A stretch of DNA of 15,432 nucleotides from a bacterium. Its GTDB lineage: Bacteria; Zhuqueibacterota; Zhuqueibacteria; Oceanimicrobiales; Oceanimicrobiaceae. The notes under the pieces were generated by a model. The model had not been told where the DNA came from, did no database searches, and saw only the letters and a list, made by a program, of their open reading frames with translations. Location: positions 1 to 15,432 of the forward strand of contig JBHHYI010000098.1 in the NCBI GenBank assembly GCA_046757525.1, in the 5' to 3' direction. The stretch's first letter is position 1. Each line of letters starts with the position of its first letter. The translations under genes were made by a program, and so were the position numbers. Positions 1 through 7,068 of the stretch are shown here, piece by piece.

Positions 1-8
1 GCCTCCTA

Positions 9-70
9 AAATCCCCCTGGTTTTTTCGCTGGACGCTTCAAAAACCGTCCCCCTTCAAAAAGGGGGATTT
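9..70. repeat. REP-like palindromic repeat (AAATCCCCC...TCCCCCTT-n-AAGGGGGATTT type)
   Basis: aaatccccct (9-18) and tccccctt (48-55) can both pair with the G-run at 60-70; internal hairpin ggttttt/aaaaacc (19-46). Confidence 0.65.
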
Positions 71-83
71 CGTATCGTCGCCC

Positions 84-133
84 GTCACCCCTCGATACGG
101 TCACCTGAACAGCGGTGACCTACTCGGGATGAC
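84..133 (-). repeat. Single GTC-tagged REP-like hairpin unit
   Basis: Reverse complement reads gtc-atccc-ga-gta-[ggtcacc...ggtgacc]-gtatc-ga-ggggt, the same scaffold as 9761-9809 with a different apical hairpin. Confidence 0.7.
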
Positions 134-151
134 TCGCAACTTGGTCTTTTG

Positions 152-235
152 GGAAACGCTCTGTTGTACGTAACGCAATCGTCTCGATTGCGCAGGCGTT
201 TCCGACGTTTAAAGCAATCCGGTTGCACCGGATTG
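152..235. repeat. Pair of related GCAATC...GATTG hairpins (REP doublet-like)
   Basis: cgcaatcg-tct-cgattgcg (174-192, preceded by gtaa) and caatccggt-tgc-accggattg (215-235); ggaaacgc/gcgtttcc (152-159/196-203) encloses the first. Confidence 0.55.
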
Positions 236-324
236 TGGGGACTTTTAAGGAATTGAGCCTTGAGTCATCGGAGCCTGGTCGCGTCAGGGAACACAGGCGG
301 TTAAGCCGGCTTTTTTCTGTTTGT

Positions 325-353
325 TTGACAAATTGGTTTCATTTTCTTATTTT
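325..353 (+). promoter_or_regulatory. Putative sigma70-type promoter for the paaK-like gene
   Basis: TTGACA (325-330), 17-bp spacer, TATTTT (348-353), in an AT-rich segment. Confidence 0.55.
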
Positions 354-379
354 GTGAAAATTCATTGGCCAATGTGCCT

Positions 380-416
380 GTCAGAATTACCACCGTACCA
401 GAATTCTGACCACCGT
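380..416. promoter_or_regulatory. Possible operator
   Basis: Inverted repeat gtcagaatt-N13-aattctgac (380-410) overlapping direct repeat accaccgt (389-396, 409-416), just downstream of the predicted promoter. Confidence 0.3.
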
Positions 417-540
417 TATGTTGGGTAGCTCCAGCGGTAAGGCCTTGTGGTCCCGGGCAAGACAGAAGCAAAAAAGAACGTACGTCACGAATGCCACGGA
501 CAAGGGATTTCTTGACCGGAAGTATTAAAGCGACTTTGAC

Positions 541-1845
541 ATGAGCACGACGACTTATTTTAGAAAAAAACTCGAGACCTTGCCGCGCGAAAAGCTCGCT
601 GCTTACCAGGTGGAACGCTTGCGCGTCCTGCTGAAAGAGCTCCACGGCAAGAACCGGTTTTATTCAAAACGCTTGCAGGCCATTGGCGCAGCACCGGAAG
701 ATTTCACTTCCGTGGATTCGCTTTCTCGATTCCCGTTCACCACCAAGGCGGAGCTGGTAGCGGACCAGACTGCCATTCCACCGTTTGGCAGCAATCTCAC
801 GTATCCCGAAAAGGCCTACACGCGCTATCACCAGACCTCAGGCACCACGGGGGCATCTCTGCGGGTTTTGGACACGGCGGAAAGTTGGGATTGGTGGGGC
901 AAATGCTGGGGCTACGTTCTTGCAGGGGCCGGAATAATTGCCGAAGATCGCTTGTTTGTGGCTTTTGGATTCGGTCCTTTTATTGGCTTTTGGGCCGCAG
1001 TCGAGGGGGCACGTCATGTCAAGTCCATGATGATTCCCGGTGGCGGTCGCGATTCCCTGCAACGCTTGCAACTGATTCGCGACAGCGGCTGTACCGCCCT
1101 GTGCGCCACGCCAACCTATGCCCTGAGATTAGCCGAAGTGGCGCGTGAGACGCATTTCGACCTGCGCGCGCTTGCCGTTCGAACAACGATCCACGCTGGG
1201 GAACCGGGGGCCAACGTTTCCTCCACCAAACGTCGGATTGAAGAAGCCTGGGGCGCAAAGTGTTACGACCATGCGGGCGCCACCGAGGTCGGGGCCCATT
1301 CGTTTGAATGCCAGGCCCAACCCGGCGGCACGCACCTCAACGAAGCGGAATTCATCGCCGAAGTCATCGACCCCGAAACCGGACAAATCGTACCCACCGG
1401 CACCACAGGCGAGCTGGTGCTCACCAATCTGGGCAGATTTGGCTTTCCCGTGATTCGCTACCGCACCGGCGATATGGTGGTGCTCACCGATGAAAGGTGT
1501 TCCTGTGGCCGCACGTTCGTGCGCTGCCAGGGCGGCATCCTGGGACGTTACGACGACATGTTTACCGTGCGCGGCGTTAACATCTACCCCGGCGCCGTTG
1601 AAAACCTGGTGCGGGCCGTTGCAGAAATCGACGAATTCCGCGTCACCGTCACACGAAAAGGCGAACTCGATGAAATGCGCATCGAATTGGAATGTGAGGA
1701 AGGCAGCGACACCAAAGCCGCGGCCCAAAAGGTTGTCAACGCGATCAGACATCGGTTAGGGGTACGGCCAGTGGTTGAAGCGGTGAGCCGCAATACCCTG
1801 CCACGGTTCGAACTGAAAGCCAGGCGTTTCAAAATCATTCGGTGA
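541..1845 (+). CDS. paaK: Phenylacetate--CoA ligase family (PaaK-like adenylate-forming enzyme), 434 aa
   Basis: Motifs FPFTTK, HQTSGTTG (P-loop), AGEPG, YDHAGATE, RYRTGD, GRYDDM...RGVNIYP and C-terminal LPRFELKARR; length typical of PaaK. Substrate not established. Confidence 0.85.
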   Translation: MSTTTYFRKKLETLPREKLAAYQVERLRVLLKELHGKNRFYSKRLQAIGAAPEDFTSVDSLSRFPFTTKAELVADQTAIPPFGSNLTYPEKAYTRYHQTSGTTGASLRVLDTAESWDWWGKCWGYVLAGAGIIAEDRLFVAFGFGPFIGFWAAVEGARHVKSMMIPGGGRDSLQRLQLIRDSGCTALCATPTYALRLAEVARETHFDLRALAVRTTIHAGEPGANVSSTKRRIEEAWGAKCYDHAGATEVGAHSFECQAQPGGTHLNEAEFIAEVIDPETGQIVPTGTTGELVLTNLGRFGFPVIRYRTGDMVVLTDERCSCGRTFVRCQGGILGRYDDMFTVRGVNIYPGAVENLVRAVAEIDEFRVTVTRKGELDEMRIELECEEGSDTKAAAQKVVNAIRHRLGVRPVVEAVSRNTLPRFELKARRFKIIR

Positions 1846-1856
1846 TTTAATTTAAT

Positions 1857-1996
1857 AGACTTCTGCAAAATGCAAATTCTTTGTCATTTCGAGGAGTCCG
1901 GCGGTTGCCGGACGACGAGAAATCTGTTGTTATTATTGAAGTAACAGATTTCTCCCTTCGGTCGAAATGACAATTTGAGTTGTTTTGCAGAAGTCT
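1857..1996. mobile_element. 140-bp MITE with 14-bp TIRs and 5-bp TSD, carrying a TGTC-hairpin doublet
   Basis: Perfect TIRs agacttctgcaaaa (1857-1870)/ttttgcagaagtct (1983-1996); ttaat duplicated at 1852-1856 and 1997-2001; inverted hairpin units at 1882-1926 and 1945-1972. Confidence 0.8.
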
Positions 1997-2021
1997 TTAA
2001 TCTAAAAATAAGGAGGGCTCA

Positions 2022-3758
2022 ATGTCAAACCCTGGAAAAGCAGTAAACCCAACGCAACGCTTCCGACCCTTGAGTCGTCGTCGTTTCATGGCCTATTTTT
2101 CGAGTCTGGGATTGTCTTCTACTCTCTTACCCGGAATCCTTTGGGCCAGGTTCCAGGAAGAGAAGCCGCAAAAAATCACCAAAGCCATGATCCAGGAAGC
2201 GGAAAAATTGGCCGGGTTGGAGTTTACCGACCAGGAAAGGGAGCTCATGTTGGAAGGGGTCAACGAATTCCTGGAAAAATATGAGAAGTTGCGCTCCGTA
2301 GAAATCAAGAACAGCGTGCCACCAGCCATTCACTTTAACCCTGTCTTGCCCGGGATGAACTTTGAAAAAGAGCGCACACCTTTGCGGGCAAGTCGTGTCA
2401 AAGCGCCCAAAGTACCAGCCAACCTGGAGGAAGTGGCCTTCTGGCCCGTAACGCAGCTTGCCGCGCTCCTGAAGTCGCGCAAGGTGAGCTCGGTGAAGCT
2501 GACTGAGATGTATTTAGAGCGGCTTAAGCGCTACGACCCCAAACTGCAATGCGTTGTCACTCTCACCGAAGAGCTGGCCCTGAGGCAAGCTAAACAAGCG
2601 GACAAAGAGATGGCCGCCGGTCGCTACCGCGGGCCGCTGCACGGCATCCCCTGGGGGGCCAAAGACCTTCTGGCAGTCCAGGGGTACAAGACCACCTGGG
2701 GTGCCATGCCGTACAAAGACCAGGTCATCGATGAGACTGCAACCGTCGTGAAGCGCCTGGAAGCAGCCGGGGCCGTGCTGGTCGCAAAACTAACGATGGG
2801 TGCCCTGGCCTGGGGAGATGTTTGGTTTGGCGGCAAAACGAAAAACCCCTGGAACCTGGAAGAAGGCTCCAGCGGTTCTTCGGCCGGACCGGGCTCGGCT
2901 ACGGCGGCCGGCCTGGTGGGCTTTGCCATCGGAACAGAAACCTGGGGCTCCATTGTTTCTCCCTCCACCCGCTGCGGCGTCACCGGCTTGCGGCCAACCT
3001 TTGGACGCGTGAGTCGTCACGGCGCCATGGCGCTGAGCTGGAGCATGGACAAAATCGGCCCCATGTGTCGCAGCGTCGAGGACTGCGCCCTGGTCTTTAA
3101 CGCCATTCACGGTCCTGACGACCAGGACGGCACGGTGGTGGATTTGCCGTTTAACTGGGACGCGGATTTGGACATCAAAAAGCTCCGCATTGGCTATGTC
3201 AAGAGCGCGTTTGAAAAAGACAGGGAAAACAAGGTGTGGCAGGCAAACGACCAGGCAGCTCTCGACGCCTTGCGTTCCCTGGGACTCACGCTCACGCCCA
3301 TCGAGCTGCCGGATTACCCCGTCGACGCCATGTCTTTCATCCTCAGCGCCGAAGCAGCCGCGGCCTTCGAGGAGCTAACGCTCAGCGATCGGGACGATCT
3401 CCTGGTGCGTCAAATCAAGAACGCCTGGCCCAACGTTTTTCGTCAGGCGCGAATGATTCCTGCGGTGGAATATGTTCAGGCGAATCGAGTCCGAACCCTG
3501 GTGATGCAAGCCATGTCAAAGCTGATGTCTGAGATCGACGTTTACGTCGTGCCTTCCTTTGGAGGCAACAACCTGCTGTTGACCAACCTGACGGGACATC
3601 CGTGTGTGGTTCTGCCCAACGGTTTTAACGACAAAGGCTCGCCCACCAGCATCAGTTTCATAGGCAAATTGTTCGGTGAAGCCGAAACCCTCGCCGTCGC
3701 CAGGACCTACCAGGACGCCACCGATTTCCATCTGAAGCATCCGGCGCTGGAGAGCTGA
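2022..3758 (+). CDS. Amidase-signature family enzyme with twin-arginine-like signal, 578 aa
   Basis: GPLHGIPWGAKD (catalytic Lys), GSSGSSAG (cis-Ser), GTETWGSI (nucleophile Ser), GLRPTFGRVS; N-terminal SRRRFM followed by a hydrophobic stretch; SD aaggagg at 2010-2016. Confidence 0.9.
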   Translation: MSNPGKAVNPTQRFRPLSRRRFMAYFSSLGLSSTLLPGILWARFQEEKPQKITKAMIQEAEKLAGLEFTDQERELMLEGVNEFLEKYEKLRSVEIKNSVPPAIHFNPVLPGMNFEKERTPLRASRVKAPKVPANLEEVAFWPVTQLAALLKSRKVSSVKLTEMYLERLKRYDPKLQCVVTLTEELALRQAKQADKEMAAGRYRGPLHGIPWGAKDLLAVQGYKTTWGAMPYKDQVIDETATVVKRLEAAGAVLVAKLTMGALAWGDVWFGGKTKNPWNLEEGSSGSSAGPGSATAAGLVGFAIGTETWGSIVSPSTRCGVTGLRPTFGRVSRHGAMALSWSMDKIGPMCRSVEDCALVFNAIHGPDDQDGTVVDLPFNWDADLDIKKLRIGYVKSAFEKDRENKVWQANDQAALDALRSLGLTLTPIELPDYPVDAMSFILSAEAAAAFEELTLSDRDDLLVRQIKNAWPNVFRQARMIPAVEYVQANRVRTLVMQAMSKLMSEIDVYVVPSFGGNNLLLTNLTGHPCVVLPNGFNDKGSPTSISFIGKLFGEAETLAVARTYQDATDFHLKHPALES

Positions 3759-3768
3759 GGCGAGAGAT

Positions 3769-3807
3769 TTCAACCTTCCGAAGGTTTGGAACCTTCGGAA
3801 GGTTGAA
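3769..3807. repeat. Perfect 18-bp-arm palindrome made of two smaller palindromes; possible terminator/mRNA-stabilising hairpin of the amidase gene
   Basis: ttcaaccttccgaaggtt-tgg-aaccttcggaaggttgaa, 10 nt after the stop codon; no U-tract. Confidence 0.75.
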
Positions 3808-3940
3808 CAAGGCCAACGGGAATGCTCTCGTGTCACCCGAAGACAAACCAAGGTCCAGGCGTCCTGATTCTTGCTATTTTTGAATGCGGGCCGCCTGACT
3901 GCGCCACGAATGTGTCGGAGCAGTGTCCCGAAAAAACCTT

Positions 3941-4252
3941 GTAAGACCTCACTTACGGCGAGGAATTGTCATTTCGAATTCCGATTTTTTCCTTCAAAAA
4001 TAGTAACTATTCAGCCTGTCATTCCCGAGTGCTTTTATCGGGAATCCATAAGTCATGCGACCTCCAGACTATTCTGAACGTCGGCAAAACATGGATTCCT
4101 GCTTAAAACATGCAGGAATGACGACAGGCTGAATAGTTACAAAAAATATTAAAAATGAAAAATCGGGATGAGAAATCTGAGAGAGACCAGACACAGATTT
4201 CTCACTTCGTTCGAGATGACAGCACAAAACCTCACTTTAAGTGAGGCCTTAC
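3941..4252. mobile_element. Composite MITE-like element: 15-bp outer IRs around a TGTC-hairpin doublet interrupted by a second MITE
   Basis: gtaagacctcactta (3941-3955)/taagtgaggccttac (4238-4252), 1 mismatch; hairpin units at 3967-4178 (interrupted) and 4194-4221. No clear TSD except a possible TA within the IR ends. Confidence 0.6.
4003..4140. mobile_element. 138-bp nested MITE with 18-bp perfect IRs carrying an ATTCC...GGAAT hairpin doublet
   Basis: gtaactattcagcctgtc (4003-4020)/gacaggctgaatagttac (4123-4140); flanks caaaaata (3995-4002) and aaaaaata (4141-4148) match 7/8; inner units 4017-4048 and 4092-4123. Confidence 0.8.
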
Positions 4253-4271
4253 CACTCGCCCTTGATTTTGC

Positions 4272-4300
4272 TTGCTTATCTTGCCAAAAATTGGTATAAT
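4272..4300 (+). promoter_or_regulatory. Sigma70-type promoter (extended -10) for the small-protein/glgC operon
   Basis: TTGCTT (4272-4277), 17-bp spacer, TG-g-TATAAT (4292-4300). Confidence 0.7.
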
Positions 4301-4341
4301 AAATCAATTCCAACGAACAGGCTCACACACACGAAAAATCT

Positions 4342-4509
4342 ATGTGGTATATCGCCAAAGGCTTACAGATCATCGGCATGATAGAAGTCTTAATCGGACT
4401 TTTCATCGGATTCTCACAGGACAATTTGCGCACAGAGCTGAAATTCGCCATCGTGGGCGTGGTCATCTTTGGTGTGGGTAGACTCCTCGAGAAAAAATTC
4501 GCAAAGTAG
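4342..4509 (+). CDS. Small two-TM membrane protein, 55 aa (missing from the supplied ORF track)
   Basis: Manual translation MWYIAKGLQIIGMIEVLIGLFIGFSQDNLRTELKFAIVGVVIFGVGRLLEKKFAK*. Two hydrophobic helices and a basic C-tail; lies between a strong promoter and the next ATG, 5 nt after its stop. Confidence 0.75.
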   Translation: MWYIAKGLQIIGMIEVLIGLFIGFSQDNLRTELKFAIVGVVIFGVGRLLEKKFAK

Positions 4510-4514
4510 TTTTC

Positions 4515-5792
4515 ATGAAAAGAGTTTTGGCCATGGTACTCGCTGGCGGGCGGGTGGATGAATTGAGCGTGCTCACCCTGCACAGACCCAAATCAGCCGT
4601 GCCCTTTGGCGGCATGTACCGGGTGATCGATTTCCCCCTCAGCAACCTCATGCACTCGGGGGTAGAAAACGTGGGTATTCTCAGCCAGTACCGTTCCTAT
4701 TCGCTGTTCAACCACATTGGGGTAGGCGCCTGGTGGGATTTTGTTGGCAGAAACCGCGGGGCCACCATGCTGCCGCCCTCCACGGGTTCCAACTTCAGCG
4801 ACTGGTACAAAGGCACGGCCGACGCGGTCTTTCAGAATCTGGAATTTGTCCAGAGTCACCAGCCCGAATGCGTGTTGATTCTTTCCGGGGATCACATCTA
4901 CAAGATGAACTATCGGCCCATGCTCAACTACCATCGGGAGAAGGGGGCCGATCTCACGGTCGCCTTCTGCCCCATCGATCCGGCGGAAAGCAGCCGCTTC
5001 GGGGTGGCCGAAATAGATGACGAAGACGGTGCCATCGGCGGCCGTGTTCTCGACTACAAGGAAAAGCCGGCCCTTACCCCTCTCAAATGGGCCAGCTTAA
5101 CCATTTACCTGTTTCGGCCCACGGTGCTTTTTGAAGTGTTGGAGCAAAATGCACGGGAGGATCAGTCCTACGAATTCGGCCGCGATATCATTCCCAAAAT
5201 GCTGCAGCGCTACAAAGTTTTTGGTTATAAGTTTTACAATTACTGGGGATACGCCAGAACCATCGATGAGTACTGGCAAACCAACATGGATCTCCTCGGT
5301 GAGGAGCCTAAGATCAATCTGGACGCCTGGGAGGTACGAACCAATTTAGACCACGATCACCTCAGAGATCGCACCCCTGCCTACATTGGCCGCAACGCCG
5401 TGGTGCACAACTCGCTGGTGCACAACGATTGTCAAATCGAAGGCCAGGTGCAGGCCAGCATTCTTTTCCCCGGGGTCAAGGTTGCCGAAGGGGCCCGCGT
5501 CCGCAATTCGATCCTCCTGTACGATACGATTGTGGAAACAGGCGCGGTGTTGGACAAGGTCATCACCGATGTGGATGTCCAAATTGGGCCAGAGTGTCAG
5601 GTCGGTTTCGGTCAGGACCTCACGCCGAGTCGAAGATTTCCTGAGCTTCTGAATTCAGGCATTACCCTGATCGGTCGCAACGCCAAGGTTCCGGCCAAGG
5701 TAGAAATTGGCCGAAATTGCATCATTTGTCCATCGCTGACTCCCGCTCATTTTAAGAACAAGAACTTCGAATCCGGAACGATTGTCCGATGA
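4515..5792 (+). CDS. Glucose-1-phosphate adenylyltransferase family protein with degenerate Gly-rich loop (GlgD-like or regulatory subunit?), 425 aa
   Basis: AVPFGGMYRVIDFPLSN, WYKGTADAVFQN, LSGDHIYKM, YKEKP and C-terminal beta-helix repeats; LAGGRVDEL replaces canonical LAGGxGxRL. Confidence 0.85.
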   Translation: MKRVLAMVLAGGRVDELSVLTLHRPKSAVPFGGMYRVIDFPLSNLMHSGVENVGILSQYRSYSLFNHIGVGAWWDFVGRNRGATMLPPSTGSNFSDWYKGTADAVFQNLEFVQSHQPECVLILSGDHIYKMNYRPMLNYHREKGADLTVAFCPIDPAESSRFGVAEIDDEDGAIGGRVLDYKEKPALTPLKWASLTIYLFRPTVLFEVLEQNAREDQSYEFGRDIIPKMLQRYKVFGYKFYNYWGYARTIDEYWQTNMDLLGEEPKINLDAWEVRTNLDHDHLRDRTPAYIGRNAVVHNSLVHNDCQIEGQVQASILFPGVKVAEGARVRNSILLYDTIVETGAVLDKVITDVDVQIGPECQVGFGQDLTPSRRFPELLNSGITLIGRNAKVPAKVEIGRNCIICPSLTPAHFKNKNFESGTIVR

Positions 5793-7066
5793 ACTCCACG
5801 TTGGTCATGTTGCTTGCTGGCGGCGTGGGTAGCCGTCTGAGTATTCTCGCCCAGGTGCGTGCCAAGCCAGCCGTGCCGTTTGGCGGCCCGTACCGGATTA
5901 TCGATTTTACCCTGAGCAACGTGATGAATTCTGGTCTGGACACCGTGGCCGTGCTCACGCAATACAACCCTCTGTCGCTTATGGAGCATATCGGCACCGG
6001 CGCACCGTGGGATTTCATCGGGCGCACGCGCGGCGCCAAAATCTTGCCACCTCGCACCGGGCAGAAGGACTACGACTGGTACCGCGGCACCGCCGATGCG
6101 GTACGCCAAAATATCGACTTCATCGAAAGCCATAAATCCAACCACGTCCTGATTCTCTCCGGCGATCACATCTACCACATGGACTACTCCCAACTCATCG
6201 ATTTTCATGCCTCCAGAGGTGCCGACTTAACCATCGCCATGATGCGTGTCCCGTGGGAAGAAACCCAACATTTTGGCGTTGCCATGACGAATCAGAAGGA
6301 TGAAATCATCGAGTGGGAAGAAAAACCGGAAAAGGCCCGCAGCAATTTAGCCTCCATGGGAATCTATGTGTTCAACACCAGGTATTTGTTGAGTGCCTTG
6401 CGGGAAACCAAAGAACACGATTTCGGCAAAAATATCATTCCAGAAGCCATCAGAAGCGACCGGGTGTTTGCCTTTGCTTTCGATGGCTACTGGCGCGACG
6501 TGGGTACGCTCAAGGCTTATTGGGATGCGCACATGGACTTGCTGAATCCAGCTTCCGGTTTAGACATCCGCAATTGGGGTTTGCGCACCAACGTGGAAGA
6601 AGAAAGACGGCTGGGCGATCGCCCCCCCGCGTTTCTTTCGCCTGATTCCACCGTCAAGAATTCAATTGTTTCTGCTGGCTGTGTCATCGAGGGGTATGTG
6701 GAGAATTCGGTGCTGTCACCGGGCGTCCGGGTACGAAAAAATGCCAGGGTGACCGGTTCGGTGGTAATGCATGACACGCAAATTGGGGTAGGCGCGGAAG
6801 TCAAGGAAAGCATTCTGGACAAAAAGGTAACCATCGGCGAGCGTGCAATCCTGGGCACCGACTTAGCCAACACGCCCAACAAGGAGAACCCGCACCATCT
6901 GGCCAGCGGACATGTGCTGGTCGGCAAGGGCGCTGAGATTCCTTCCGGGTTCAAAATCGGCAAGAACTGCATTCTCTATCCTTGTCTAAAGTTGGAAGAT
7001 TTTCCAGCTCACGCCACGGAAATTCCCGCGGGGGAGACGCTTCGGCCTAAATCCTCTGAGGCGTAG
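5789..7066 (+). CDS. glgC: Glucose-1-phosphate adenylyltransferase (ADP-glucose pyrophosphorylase), 425 aa
   Basis: LAGGVGSRL...RAKPAVPFGG, WYRGTADAVRQN, LSGDHIYHMDY, EEKP, ASMGIYVF, HDFGKNIIP, GYWRDVGT; ATGA overlap with the upstream paralogue. Confidence 0.92.
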   Translation: MNSTLVMLLAGGVGSRLSILAQVRAKPAVPFGGPYRIIDFTLSNVMNSGLDTVAVLTQYNPLSLMEHIGTGAPWDFIGRTRGAKILPPRTGQKDYDWYRGTADAVRQNIDFIESHKSNHVLILSGDHIYHMDYSQLIDFHASRGADLTIAMMRVPWEETQHFGVAMTNQKDEIIEWEEKPEKARSNLASMGIYVFNTRYLLSALRETKEHDFGKNIIPEAIRSDRVFAFAFDGYWRDVGTLKAYWDAHMDLLNPASGLDIRNWGLRTNVEEERRLGDRPPAFLSPDSTVKNSIVSAGCVIEGYVENSVLSPGVRVRKNARVTGSVVMHDTQIGVGAEVKESILDKKVTIGERAILGTDLANTPNKENPHHLASGHVLVGKGAEIPSGFKIGKNCILYPCLKLEDFPAHATEIPAGETLRPKSSEA

Positions 7067-7068
7067 TC

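Noticed and set aside
424..465. gggtagctccagcggtaaggcc looks like a tRNA D-arm
   Set aside because: No T-arm (GTTCRA), acceptor stem or cloverleaf.
301..645. 114-aa minus-strand ORF and the other short overlapping ORFs in the track
   Set aside because: Antisense or out-of-frame overlaps of well-supported genes with no protein-like motifs.
2022..3758. Calling the amidase gatA
   Set aside because: It has a Tat-like signal, ETWGS rather than DTGGS, and no adjacent gatB or gatC.
3871..4077. 68-aa ORF
   Set aside because: TTG start without SD; translates through the nested repeat elements.
4272..4651. ORFs 4272-4481(+), 4323-4583(-) and 4463-4651(-)
   Set aside because: They overlap the promoter and the better-supported 55-aa ORF or the glgC-like gene.
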